Positions 12,701 through 27,700 of a stretch of DNA of 64,000 nucleotides are shown here, one piece after another; position 1 is the stretch's first letter; each line of letters begins with the position of its first letter. The position numbers and the translations under genes are program-made. This DNA is from Phoronis australis (lineage: Eukaryota; Animalia; Phoronida): contig NMRA01000009.1 in assembly GCA_002633005.1 (NCBI GenBank), positions 2,093,563-2,157,562 on the forward strand, written 5' to 3'. The notes under the pieces were generated by a model that had not been told where the DNA came from, ran no database searches, and saw only the letters and a list, made by a program, of their open reading frames with translations.

Positions 12701-15700
12701 AACATAGGACAGGTAATCATCATTTCACATACTTAGCACACTCAGCTCATTTTCCACACCCAAAATTACCTATAAAAATAAAATTTCTTGCCTCACCTAA
12801 TTTGCACACTGTGAATTTTACACTTAATGGGAAAATATGCTTAATGCTAGTAATACACAACTCTTTAACTGTGTTAATAAAGTCTGAACATTGCATATTC
12901 ACCCCTTAGTCCATCTATTCATATCTCACCATGTTGTAAACATGAGATGAATGACCTGGATGGATGCATATGCTCAACAGAATGCTTCACCATTGACGTG
13001 TAAAGTACTGTTATATTGCAACAGCAAAATCAACTTAATTGACAGCAAAAATAAATCATACGACGATGGCAACCCACATGCTGTATTTCCTTAAATTCAC
13101 ACACGAGCAGTTGGCGATGATTGGTAACTCAGTTAATTTTGCACACCCGTCAAAGTCTGGACATCACGGCAGCAACATGTAAACAACAATCTCGAAAAAG
13201 TCATTTGGGTGTTTTTGTATATTCGACAATGACAATGCCAATGCCTTTTCAGTTATAATCATGACTCACCAACTTTTCCAGAACGTAAGGCTTGCTGGGT
13301 ACTGAGTGACGCACTGTGATACCATCGCACTTGAAATTTCTGTTCTAATAGGGAGGCAACTGTTCTGTTAATAGTACGTGTGTACTGTTCTCTGACTGTC
13401 ACAGAAGATGGCGCTGCCGTAGTGTTAACTAGGCTTGATGAGGTGGTTGTGCTATTGGCTGTTGTATTTACTATTCCTGCAGTTGTCGTGGGCGACTGAG
13501 TTGTTGTCACGGGAACAGTGATGACATGCTCGAGAATTTGATCGACAGATTTAGTTCGACTCAGTGGCAGATCAGCTAATACAATGGACGCATTTAACAT
13601 TTCGATGTTTACTCCTGACCACACGAACCTATAACTTACGGACACAACAGAGTTACTACATACACTATTTGCAAGAGACGGTTGAGGTGGTTTGGTGGTA
13701 CCGTCATCCCAGGAACACCTGACTGGATGACTTGCTGGCGCTGCTGTCTGATTAGTGCTGAACAAAGATGTTTCAGCTGTGTTGAAGTCTGATGACCAAT
13801 CCAGTGACTGCAAATATTTGTCAGGTGAACTGGCACAAAAGTAGTTGACATAGACAGGTGTGGAAGTGTTACCGGCATGTTTGGACAGTATGGTGAATGT
13901 TCTTTGGCAGTCACTAATTGCTGATGACTGGACATAGTTCTGGGCGTTAAGCATCAAGTTAGTGGTGCAGACATCAACCTTCCCCATATCAACCAGACAA
14001 GTTCCATCAGAATTCCTTAAATACCTGAGAAATAAACAAATATGCACATGGGATTGATGTTGCTATCCATGCAGCCCAAGAACTGTGTTGAAAATATCTG
14101 AATGTCTAAAATGCATCAAGTAAAGCAAAGTAGAAATAAATTGCACTTGGTAAAAGTTTTAATTAAAGCCTCATATAACAGCAAATACATCACCAAGTGA
14201 GATAAGCACCACCCATGCGAGGTGAGCGTTCACACATGTGAGGCGAGCACCAAACATGTGAGGTGAGCACCAAACATGCGAGGCGAGTACCACACATGTA
14301 AGGTGAGCATCACACACGTGAGGTGAGCACCGTACATGCGAGGTGAGCACCAAACACGTGAAGTGAGCACTGTACATGAGAGGTGAGCACCACACACGTG
14401 AGGTGAGCACCGTATATGCGAGGTGAGCACCACACACATGAGCTGAGCACCGTACATGCGAGGTGAGCACCATACATGCGAGGTGAGTACCGTACATGCG
14501 AGGTGAGCACCATACACGTGAGGTGAGCACCACACACGTGAAGTGAAGGAGACATCTACCTACTAGAAACCAAATGATCCATACACTACACATAAGGCAA
14601 ACTGCAGATTCCATACTGCTTAAGTTCTTTTTCTTGCTTAAAGCCTATAGTTTGTGCAGCAAATGTCTTGTACACAATCAATTCCTTTCATAGTGTCACT
14701 GCCGTAATCATATATGATCGCCAAAAGTCTACACAAACCTGACTGGGTCTGTAGTAATGCACTGGCCGAGACTGGTAGTAGGAAGGGTAAGGTGACCGAC
14801 ACTGGTGGCTGGCACGGCCTCTGGTGGCAGAATGCTGATAGCTAGCCCATCTACATAACCGATGGTGTTTGTACCCCGACCAGTTTCAACCACCACCCGT
14901 GGAGTACTGCCTCTGATAAACAAAGTAAAGATAGCTGATATAAGTGAGATGAGATCTTATTTTAATGAATGCGGAATGTTTTCATTTCGCGGGTTCATAT
15001 CGGAACACACGCTGTCATGAAAATTGCTACAAAAATTGGTGAACGGAAGGAGGTTGCCCACTATTCAGATTCAACAGGCAAAAGGCACTTACCCAAAGCT
15101 GTAACTCTGATTCACACGTCGTATGGTTGACTTCAGAGACACCAAATTACTGATGATCGGCTCGACTTTAAAGAACATGCCAAGGTTTGGGTTGTTGTCG
15201 AACTGAACACACAGGAGAGGGGACCAGTTCTCCTTATTAATGGCAGATGAGCTGCATGTGAAATCATCCGGGGATTCTGGGAATCCGCCACGAACTCCAT
15301 TGAGACACATGCTAAATCCATCAACTGAATCATTCATGTTAGGAATGGTATTGGATACAAGTTGTTGAGTGGAGTTATCACAGTCCTACAAAGAAGTCTT
15401 TTATTAAGAAACTAACAATTGAAACAGAAGAGGACACATTTTGCTAATAAGAGATAAGTAGATTTAAGCCTAGGAAATGGATTACTTTGTGTCAGAAATC
15501 TTGGTGTATGCTTCGTTCCCGACATTTAAACGGAGCACAGCACCAGGCTAATGGCTCTACGATTTCTTTTGTAGGATTTCTGTCTTCAGCAAGTTGTAGA
15601 AGAAATTTACTGCCATCAGTAAATACTTTATGGTTTCACTCAGCTAGTAAAAAAATTACTAGAGTAAAAATTTCCAGATGTCATTTAACTGTAATGTAAT

Positions 15701-18700
15701 TAGTGAAATACATTGTACTTGATGTTGAAAAAATGTTAACTTTTACTTCGAAATAATCCACAATTTGGCAACAACTCATCAACATCTCGTCAGAGAATAA
15801 TATTATGCATGACACAATGTAAAAGATTGTTGATTTTGACAGAAAAATGGTGTTCATAGCCACTCAAACCTGCCATGAATATCTTAACCCAGATCTACCT
15901 TGTCACAGCAGCATCCAACATCACACTGGTCCTGGGTCATGTCACAAGGGCAGGGGGACAGGTTGACGTAAGCAGGGTTAATCAGCTCACTCTCCTTGAC
16001 ACTGTCCAAGGCCCCTACAATGAGCAGAAAGTAAAGACAACTCTTTCTACAACCATGGTGTCAACAGCACAGCATGCATAATCAGTGACAGAATTTACAA
16101 TTAACTATTATCAAGAAAAGGAAAATCTGTTCAACAGATTATGACCAGTATTTTAGTAACCAAAGGCATAAGCATGACCTGTGAAATTACCTTTTAGAAA
16201 TGCCATGTTGAAGACCAGTAGACCTCAATTTAAAATTAGCTATTTGTTAGCAGGTAGAAGAGACAATCATATTTTTACTAACAAAGTTTTTGTAAATGTT
16301 TTGTTTATATATTTTTGTATTAAAGTAGAAAGCATAGTATTACATAATTTGATTGTTGACCTTTTAGCAAGAATCTGACATTGATTGGGTCACATGACAA
16401 TGTCTTTTTATATTACAGAAAACATTAGAAAAAAGGGAATTCGATATCAGAACCGTTAATAACATGTATTGACTAAATTTCATTTTTCAAATGAAAATCT
16501 AAATTAAAATATTTATTTGTATCATAAAAATGGCCACTAGATGGTGCAAAAATGTACAATCTATCCCGAAACAGGAACATGCCATATTTCATAAAAATCT
16601 GTCAAGGAACTTCAGAGAAACAAAGGAAAACAGAACAAAATGAAACTGCCACTTGTGGGCACAACGTCTGGTGGATCTGCCTGAAAGTCGTCATCGTCTG
16701 TTGTTATCTTAATATAAATACACTTACTAAATTTAATGGAGATCCTGCAGTGGGTTTTGGAGATACAGTTATGGGTGCAAAACAAAACAAAACTACCACT
16801 AGGAGGTGCCACAGTAGTCAGTCGCCATCATCAAATGTCCTCTTCACACTGAAAACATATACGCCAGTTTTCCAAACCATCCCTAGAATGATTTGGTTGA
16901 TCCAGGGGTGGACGCCAAAAACAAGATTTGAAAACAGCAAAATAGCCACCAGGTGGCGCAAAATATCTTGATTTCATCCAAAAAACAGGATGATAGTGTC
17001 ATCTCACCAATAGATGCCTACATTCGAAACTTTATGAAAATCTGTTGAGCATCTTTGACGATACAGACTGGTAAACGTAAAAAACTAAAATTGCCACTAG
17101 TGGGCACACCACTAGTCAGATCCGTCCGAAAGTTGTCGTCATCCATTGTCAACATCACTTGCTAAATTAAGTAAAGATCCTGCAAACGGTTTAATAGATA
17201 CAGCCATGAGTGCAAAAAAAACAAAACTGCCACTAGGAGGCACCACAGTAGTCGAAGTCGTCGGAAAATCATCGTCAGCTGCCCACTTCATAGTAAGAAC
17301 CTACATGCCAATTTTCACAATCATCCTTTGAGTTGTTTGGTTGATAAGAGTGGTGGATGCAAAAAAACAGACTCGAAAACAGTAAAAATGGCCAGTAGGT
17401 GGCGCAAACTTCGTCAAATCCATCTGGAAACAGGAGGATAGCGTCATCTCACTAATGGATGCCTATATACCAATTTTATGAAAATCTGTTCAGGACTTTT
17501 GAAGATACAGAGGTAAACGTAACCAACTAAAATTGCCACTAGGGGGCACACTGGTAGTCGGATCCGTCCGAAAGTTCGCTCATGCCGTCCCAATTACAGA
17601 AGGACCACATGTGCAAATTTTCATGAATAAACGTCAAGGCGTTTTTGAGATAGAGAAGCGGACGCCGGACGGATGGACGCCGGACGGACGGAGATGACGG
17701 CATAATGCGTCCACATATAAATATGTGGGCGCATAAAAAGTTTACTTTTTATAGCCTCACATGAAATAACAGAACATTAAACACAGCACTTTAAGAAAAA
17801 GTATATGAGTTTCATATGAATCTGATCACGGTTCAGAGATAGGATTCAACTTGGCCAAATTTGGTCACTTTTCTAGCCTCCTACATAACCTTACAAATCT
17901 CAAGATACACTTAATTCAAGATACATAATACACTATCTGTCTAATACATGATATTGCAAACAATGTTCTCAGTACCCATTCCTAATAGCATCATCTCAAA
18001 TCAAACGGAATTTTTAATAAGGGATAGTTAAGCTGTTGCGTGATTTTGCATACACTTTACATGCCCCAAAAGCCATGCTAAGCAATGACATCAATCACTA
18101 ATTAAAACCAGGCCATGCACGCCATAGCAATACCATCAATGCCAGTTTTTTCATGCAGGCAAATTTTGTTGAGTATGAGTTTCACAAGTTAGATAAAACC
18201 TAAAATGCATGAGAAAATATGCCTCAGTGGTGTGGCCCCAGACAACACTTGTGAGTAGCAGACCTGACACAGAGCAGGACTTTGTTAAAAACACATGTTC
18301 AATGACTCAAAGACAGTAGCAATAACAGAAGCACGAGGAGATTGCAATGAAGTTTGACCTTTGACCTTGAATCACACAAATCAGATCTAAAGAAACCTAT
18401 CGCCTAGATTTTGCCACATGTTTTTTGCGCACATGAAAGATTAGGGGTGAAATATGACACGAATCTATCAATTTGGCATTTGCGCTTTACTAGAAAAGCA
18501 TTTGCGATAATTAAAGATATCAGCTGTTGCATAATCTTTGGAACACAGTTTGTGGAAGCAATTTAAACTAAATTACCCACATATTGCTAAAATCACGCAC
18601 GAGTACTTAAGTTTCGCAGCAGTTGTACTCAGACAGTCATTGATCATGTCTCTAACAATGTAAAGCACTTTTCACATACCTGAGTAGGGGTTTATGCTTG

Positions 18701-21700
18701 GAAGTTCTACACAATTAATCAATGGCAAAAATTCAATGGAATCTAATACAAGACTCAGACCCAACAAACAGCAAAATGAAATAAGGCACTAAGTCATATA
18801 ACCCATAAGTCATTGAATTTTGTTGATTCATTCGTATCACAGAAATGAACAACATAACACTGAAACAGGGCTTAGCCACAATGTACAAGAAACATTTATT
18901 AAGAAGTCTCATCAACTGAAATGAGGCTGTTGAACAATGATCCTGTTTGTATTGTCAATTTGGTATGTATAGTCTTCACTTCATATCCCTCTAGTCTCAC
19001 TGATTCTTAATTTTCTTCATTTCAAGAGCATTTCTTAATTTTCGAAGACTGTGCCTTAACTTTGTGAAAGCAATGCGACCTTTTTCATAAACATGACATG
19101 ATTCAATTTGCTCACAAAATTATTTTTTCAACCTCAAGCCAAGCTTTAGCAAACAATTGTCGAGCTTTCAGTTTTCTTCAAAGAATATTTTAAGCACACA
19201 CAACAAACACCATCAACACACCTACCTTGTGTATTGGTCCAGTTGACTGGGAACATAGCTGCTGTATTCACCACTATCACCACGGATGCATTCTTACTTT
19301 GGAAGTGGGGGTTTAAGTTGACTTCTTTGGAGGCGCAGCACGTTACTAATAAGACTTCATACACAGGTGACGACGGCACCTCATTTCGTGTGATATCAAC
19401 CGTTTGGTAAAATGACTCCCCGTTCTGATGTAAAACAGTACATAATTAACTTTAAAATACAAATGTGCCACAAATTAAGGCAAGACACTAAAATTTATTT
19501 CAACCATTCCTCAAACATAAAGTGTAACGCTGCCTTCATGAGTATTCTAGGATATTCCGCAAACTTGGTTCCAACCCTCGTCACTTCTTTATGTGAACGT
19601 TAACTGATCTGTTGAAACTGAAAAGTCACTTATAAATAATAGTTGTGGGCGGCCTGGTACGCATGATGGAAAAGGTGTGCATGTAGCGCGGATTAGTCGG
19701 CCTAAGCAGACACCTATCACAATAGGCCGCACTGCCTTCTCGAAAAATCCCAAACTCAGTTTCAATGGTTACTAAGTTCACATAGTGGAAATCTCTTTTA
19801 TATATTCAAAGGAAATGTTCCACCCTTAAATAAAATGTGGAAGAATTACAGACTGAAGCTTACCCTAAAAAAGTAAGTATTCTTCCCCAAAGACCAGGTT
19901 TCAGAGACATTGAGTGGATGCTCCGAACTGTTAGTGGCAATTGGTGCACCTGTGGTAGGGGCAGCAGTTGTAGTGGTGGTAGGTGGCACTGTTGTAGTAC
20001 TGTTGACCCCAGCCGTTGCGTTGCCAGTGGTAGTGTTTACTGGAGAAAAAAACCCATATTTTTGGTCATTGGCATAACGCCAGACAGAGCAAGTGGTAGT
20101 CAATTTCTGCTGTATCTAGGAAGTAAATTTAGACGGACGCAAGGGACTGTGCAAGTTGGACCACATAACAATACATGACAAAACAGAGGCAAAGGATAGG
20201 AGTAATTGACTCACCTTGCAGGTACAAAAAAAATGCACTAGATAAACCTATTATGCCATCAGGGATTTCTGATAGAGCACTCCGTTGAAATCAAGTTTTT
20301 CACAGTGACCTTGCGTCCAAAAGAGTGTCCAGAGAACCTCAGGTGTTGTCGAAAGATATTCATGTACAGCAAATTCATGTTCTCAGGACCTTTGAAACCT
20401 CGGTTTAGTTTATAGATGAAAAGTAACAAACATTTGATTGAAGGGACACTTCACCCAGTTAAGGCATATCAACAAACTCGGGGAATATTTGAAAACTCCT
20501 AAGTTGCTAAATCATCAAACAAATACACTCTGCTTTAGGTGTGCTGCACGCACATCAAGATCCATAGATCCACTTCAAGACAAACTGAGGCAGTGTCATG
20601 GTTGAAAAATACTTTAGCTAAGAAGAGGTTTTGAGTGAATTTAATCACACATTTTGTTATCATCCTTTTAGAACCGATTTTACAAACTAAAGGACAATCT
20701 ACACATAATGAAAAATGAGTGGATTTCCAAAGGATATAAACTTTTCGTAATAAAGATTTGGCTTTAATCATCACAATATTCTCCTGCAATCAAATAAAAC
20801 TATCTAAGACAACCAGGTACTAATAGATAACAAAAATACATAACATTGTCAAGAGAAGCAGATATTCTTTTGTCACTAAGTACTCGTTGAACGAATAGCG
20901 ATTAAGATTGGGAAGAGGCCAAGCCCGCAGCTAAGTGGGTCAGTTGACCTCAATTCACCATAAAAACACATAATTTGTACTTTTAGTAATTTTTAAGCAA
21001 ACTTTTGTTTTGTTCTGATTTGCAGTGTATCAACTAGCCAGCTAGTTAGCTATGTATGACTGAATGTCAACACACAGCTATTGAATCACATGGGTTCAAT
21101 GGTAAATTCAAGCAAAGCACGCTTTCTCAGTTTGCCACAACTCTATTTGCATTCCACTCACAACCACACCTACATCAAAATCCAACACGTCCTACCATGC
21201 GAAACTTTTTGCAACCATGGCATTCCACTGACACCTACCAGTAACTTGTGCAGTAGTGGGGAGCACAGAGGGTTGAGGCACTGTGGACACATAACAGACT
21301 GGTTCCTTCTCCCATTTCTGAGCCTCACTGATATTAGAGAAGTCAAATACTGAGCAGCTTACAGTCACGTCTTGATCAGAGCTGGTCAGAGTCTTTGTTA
21401 ATGATAAGAATGACTGGAAAATGTAATAATTAAGGGAGTTTAATTCTGTTACCAAATAGGAAAAGCCAGTAAAATTAAAACATTAACTTAATTTATGTTT
21501 GACTTCCATTCAAAGTCATTGCTGCCCTAAAACTTAGTGGGTGTCAACTACCGTACTGAGTTTAAAGACTATAGCCCCATTAAAGGTCAGCGTGACTGTG
21601 ATCTTTGACTTGTTGATGGCAAAATGACAGAGGTCACATTAAAGACTTACAACTTGTTACTGGAGTTGAGCCAGGCAAGGCTAGCAATTACTAAGGGTCA

Positions 21701-24700
21701 CCTTTAACTTTCAGGCCCACCCAGTTTTTGATGAGAAGCAATTGGTCATAATAACTGATAAACCATTCAAGTTGTGAAGTTTTGTCAGACAGTAGATGAA
21801 CTGGCATAGTTATGTAAAACATGCATTTGCTAAAGGCTTTCTACTAGTTGCACTGTCATCTGTCAAAATTATGTAGGACCTTATGCAGGACGTTATGTAG
21901 GACCTGATGTAGAACAAAGTCGATCTTATTTAAATAGGGAAAATCTCATTTTGTCCCGAACTGGAACGAAACGTGACGCAAATGAAAAATATCCAGATAT
22001 TTTCAACAAAAATGACTTGGTACGAAAGACTATTACTTTCTAAACACATTCCTGTAGGACGTTATGTAGGACCTGATGTAGAACGTTATGTAGGACGTTA
22101 TGTAGGACCTGATGTAGAACGTTATGTAGGACGTTATGTAGGACCTGATGTAGAACAATATGTAGGACGTTATGTAGGACCTGATGTAGAACGTTATGTA
22201 GGACGTTATGTAGGACCTTACGTAGGACCGTATGTAGGACCTTACGTAGGACCTTACGTAGGACCGTATGTAGGACGTTCTGCAGGACCTTATGTAGGAC
22301 CTTATCCACAAGTCTGTATATTTAACCAAATATCTACAAAATTTGATTTTTGACTTTACACCAATCTGACACTAATTAGACCACATGACCTTTCTTTTTA
22401 GGAAATTTTACCAAAGGTACATTCATGTCAATAAAAGAAGATCAATAAAAGACCAAACTTTGTATGATACAAATATTCAAAATAAAATCTCAAAAAGCTG
22501 TTACAGTTTTCTAAATTGTTTCATTTTTGTTTCACGCAACTTTAAAATTCTGAAAATCACATTTTGTACCATCTCTCATTGGGGAACAGTTTAAAAACAA
22601 CTCCAAACAGCCTTTTGTAGAACAGTGCGGTATAAAGCATATTATCTGAAAGTGAATCCGATCTGCCATTTAAGAGATACGATGTTCCGAAAAGCTCTGC
22701 TAGTGAATTTGAGAACTGACCATTAACATATTGATAAGAAATCCTTCCTGTATATTATTTACTTTTGAGTTTTTCAAACACGAGGAAAGACAGAGAATTT
22801 GTTGTCTGTGAATGCTTTACTATGTAATTCGAGTACCGCATACTTAATCTACAAATAGTCAAAGAACAAACCTTGATTTTGGTACTGGTAGTGGCCAGCT
22901 TCTGTGGCAGCAAATGCAGACCACCATCTGCTATAGGTTGAAATTGAGCCACAGAACCTGGATAATAGAAACAATGCCATAAACTAATGACAGTCACAAT
23001 AATACAATGTCTACACTCATTCCGTCTCAAACTTGATGAATAAAATGAACATTAGAATCGTGTAGCTTTTAAGAGTAGAACTTCCATTAACACATTCAAT
23101 CTGTAAGAAGCAATTGAAAGCAGTTCCCTATAGATATCCCTCAACAGTAAAATGTACAAACTGACAATATGTTTCAAAGAAATCTTCTCTAGGCTGGAGT
23201 ATTAATTCTGAAAAACCAACTTCTACCAAACTGGGCAACAATTAGTCATAATTTATTGAAATGGTTAACATGAACTTGAACAAGAACACACACTGAATGA
23301 AAATAAATGTAACAAAAACAAGCTTTCATAAACCTGACAAATAGTAGAAAACCTGGAAAAAAGAGATAACATGATGGTGAACCTGGACACTGTTTGTATC
23401 AACACCACTTTGGTGGTACACATTTATTGAATATAACAGACTAAGCAGCTCTGTCAACTAGCAACCACACAGTAAATCAATGCGAACATATAACATACAT
23501 CACAAATTTTTGCCCGACCGGTCGGAAATCGGTTGACGATCGGTCATCTAGAGGACCACCAACGGTCTACTAGGAGTCGTCAGCCGAGTCGCCTTTGAGG
23601 TCGACAGTTGGGTCAGCAGACTGGTCACCTAGGTTACATGTCTGATTCGCATTATGCATATCCGCAGTCGGCAATTACCAGTTTATGACTTGACGGATGA
23701 ACTTTGGACGAACAAGGCATCAAACTGATTGTTATTTGTTCTCCAGTGTCCACTCATAGTGAACCCGCAGTTTATCGACTTTCTCTTGACTGCTTAACAT
23801 CTATAGTAAAACTGAATGTACTTAATACGAACTGCGTGGAATTTGAACAAAGTAAATATCCCTGTGGAATTACTGACGGCGTGGTAAAATCAGACGTTAA
23901 ATGTTCTCACAGAAAGAAACTATGAAATGTTACATATTGTATAAACATTCAAAAAAAACACTGGACGTTTATGATCGCATGCATTTTAAAGCCGGGAAAT
24001 GTTTAAAGAGTAGCTTGCAATTGTACCCTATTTTATCCCAAAAACATTGAATCAGTTTATTGTAATACGGCCACATGGTATTGTTTTCCGTATTCACCCC
24101 CCGTACGACTTCAACTGTGCCCTTTGAAAAGGAAAGTTCAAAAGGTAGGTCAACATTGACTCGACGTCGTTAGCCAGTTTGATCATCAAACTTTCCGAAT
24201 ATAGTTTAAAATCATACAATTGCAGCATCTAAATAACACTCGACATGCAATCAGGTACCTAACGTAACATCTGGTACAAAACTGTTAATTATATGACACT
24301 TATGTCATAGTTTTCAATTGCTAAATATTATATCATCTGCAACTCAGGCACCGATTCCTCAATAACTACAATATCAAATATTGTAAGTTATTCTTTAACT
24401 TTTTTCAGTAAATGTTGCGAGTACAATGCAAAGTTACCGTTGTTTTAATCTTTGTTATCTCTTTTCATGTAAGAAATCATTACTCTAACTTTCTTTTACT
24501 AGAGAAAACCTAATGAGCAAACATATACTGTCAGTGTGGTAAATCTGAAGCAGTGAATGGCTTTACATTTGGAAGAATTGTTCATACTACTCACTATCTG
24601 AAGATGGTGGTAAATATTGCTTTCCAGGGTCTTGTGACTTAGCTGTACACTTTAGTCTTGTTGTTAAACCATCACCTGAGATGTTATATGGCATCTGAAG

Positions 24701-27700
24701 TGAAATAGGATAAACATAATCTGTAAAAATACCTGACAATGGACAATTTTAATTTTCACTAACTTTTTTATTTGTAATTCATTTAACAAATCCAAATGGT
24801 GATACCAGTTTGGGCAGCGAACTCCACCTAGTGAGACTTTGTGTTCCATGTTTCATTTCCTCTGCAGCCAATAACACACGACTTGAAATGGCTTACCCAC
24901 TTAACTATGTGGAAATGAGCCATTTTCAGGACTGTTGACTTTAAAGATTTGGCAAAGTCAAACATCAAGCGAAAATACCATCCTAAATAAATACATACCT
25001 GTATACTGGACTGACCAACAGTAGCAACAACTGACTGTGTGGCAATGTTGAGGTAAGCCACTCCAATATCCTCAACTGTACACGAAACGGTCACATTGTG
25101 TGTTTTAACAGTTTCACTGAAAAAAACAAGCCATCGAACCATATTAAGATACACTGGGGAGAAGGCAGCACTTGACAATTTTATGAATGAAGACCTGACC
25201 TCACATCCCTCAATCAATTAGTTTGTTTTCTACTAAAAAATAAATTAGCCTATGTAACATGCCATGTCAAAAACCAGTTTATGGTGGAACTGTTTCTTTC
25301 CTAAGAAAATCTCAGAGCACTGTGGAGGCAGCAAGAAAACCTCGTATTTCAATAAGATACTGTAGTTTTCAAAAAAACTTGAAAATTTATATTGAAATTC
25401 CTCTAACTTCAGAGACAATAGGACAAAAACTTTATAGGCGTAAACCATATGGAAAATTACACTGTCTAAATCATTTGAAAATTAGACATAAAACCTTTTT
25501 TTAATACATTACATAAAATTTTCTTTAATGATTGAAATTCCGCCTCTTTTCAAAGAAAAGTCATTTTGTCAGCTTCCTCAGCAATTCAAATGTACTCTGC
25601 AAGACTACCATAAACTAAACAGTTCTGTTCTAATAACAAGTACAATTAAATATAATTTCTAACAGTTGGTAAAATTTTGTCTATTTAAAAAACAATTTAA
25701 GTGGCATTAAACAAGTAAAAAAGTTTTGATTTTGACCACACGCCATTATAAAATTGGTCTTACCTTTTATCCTTAAACTCAGCTTAAAAATGATTCGTGA
25801 AAGGTATGACAGATCGATACTTCTCAGGGCTCTCGACTCCCCTTATCAAGTCAAAAAATCCCCCTTATCAAGTCAAAAATTTCCCCCCTAAACGATCAAA
25901 AATTCCCCTCATTTTATATATAATGCAAAGTAAACCTCATAAAAATTCCTCTCCCGGTAAAAACGGGGTAAAAAATCCCTCCTATTAAAAACGCCAAAAA
26001 ATTGCTGTCCAAAAAGGTATAGGCACCTTTCCTCTCAGGTGAGTGAGGGCCCTACTTCTTCAGACGAAGCTTATAAATTTCAGGTGAAAGAATAGTCACA
26101 AAACATGTATTTTTGAAACCGTTAATTGTTAGATCAGATTTAATCACACTGCAATGAGTTGAGTAATAATTGCTGAAACATGCATGAAGTATCTAAATAG
26201 ATTTGTTCAACAAACTCTTCAGTTTAGTTTATGTTACCTTTGCCAGCTGCGCAACAGTGAACAAGTAGAAAAAAAGCAAAACTTTAGAGTCAACAAAGGT
26301 CAGGTACCTCAGCTTCAACCTGAATTGTCCAACACCAGAAAGCATGAACTTGTTCTGACAGAAACTGACGAAGGCAGACGGTGTGACAATGAATGGCCTG
26401 TGAGAGCAAAAATGAAGACGCTTAATAACACCACAGAACATACAATTAGAATGTATGACAAAAATCAATCCCACAGAAGAACTCCTACCTATAAAGGTGA
26501 ATGAGAGCGAGCAGTATCATGACAGCTGTGTGCCAACAGATGTCTCCATTGCAGCATAAATCATAGACAGAATATTCCCAACTCTGGCATTTTCTTAATA
26601 AAGGTCCCAATAGAGGTCCCACTTACTAATCAGTTTCCGGTTAGTTTAATGCAGATGTATATACACCAAGTAAAACGGGCTAATTCAGCAGGCACCCCCT
26701 AGTGGATATGGAGGATATAGCTTACGTGCCTCAGTCTCTTGAGATGTGCTTCAAACTGCGATTCCAGACTAGTAACAACAGATATTTAAAAACAGCACAA
26801 TTCCTATAACTCAATGAAAAACAAAATAATTATAGACATTACCTAGCATCACTGGCTGATGTATTCTTGTTGAACTGTGTTCCCGTAACAGACTCACCAT
26901 AACAAAACACCTGTACTTGTCTACCAACTCTGTTGATACTAAAATACAACATATACTATCAGGCATTATGTGAAGTACAACACTATTGATACTAAAATAC
27001 AACATATACTATCAGGCATGTGTAAAGTACAACACAGACTATGACAAAGTAAAAACAGAAATAAATCCAAGCCAATTTATGGTGCCAAACGCTATGAATC
27101 AGAAACTAAAACATAAATGTATACGTTTTATTCATGTAGTCAAAATTTAGAGTTGGTAATTTAGGTTATTAGCACAAAAAGGAGGAAAACCCATTTTTTC
27201 ATGACTGATTTTACAGTATGTTCCCACTCACAACTATGCCAAAGGTTGGGTAAATAAAAAAGGTCTATACAATGAGGTTTTACAGAAAAAATTACAAATG
27301 ACATACCTGTAACGAATATCAGTGTTTACAGTGGATATTTGTTTCGAGGAAAATGTTACACTGGTAAATCCTGGCAAATCAAAGGTCTGTTCACATGTGA
27401 CTTTAACCTGAAATGAGTGTCACTTGATAAATTGAAGATTGAAAACAGAGAAGAATAATAAACTTGAGAACGACTGGTCAGCAGTAACCTCATTAATGAC
27501 AGTGGTAACAAAGAAAATACTGTAAAAAATTTAAAAAGAACTGTGAGAAATACTAATCAAAACCCTACATTTTCATAACTAGTAAATAAACCAGTCAGCA
27601 CATGTAGTGTACATGCATACGATTAATTAATGATCACGTTTGACCTACCATTGAAAAATTTTTCACTTTTAAACATTTTAACACCCGTGATCAGTTTTAC

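Noticed and set aside
14171-14614. Cys/His-rich repetitive ORFs resembling metal-binding proteins
   Set aside because: Products of the 20-bp minisatellite, open in several frames, and not needed for the tectonic exon chain.
21973-22353. YVGP / VLHN repeat ORFs resembling structural or shell proteins
   Set aside because: A 12-bp intronic minisatellite with no signal peptide or splice support.
26726-26768. Possible extra tectonic exon (SLESQFEAHLKRLRH, donor GTAAG)
   Set aside because: It ends in phase 0 while the next exon (26397) needs phase 2; the chain is complete without it.
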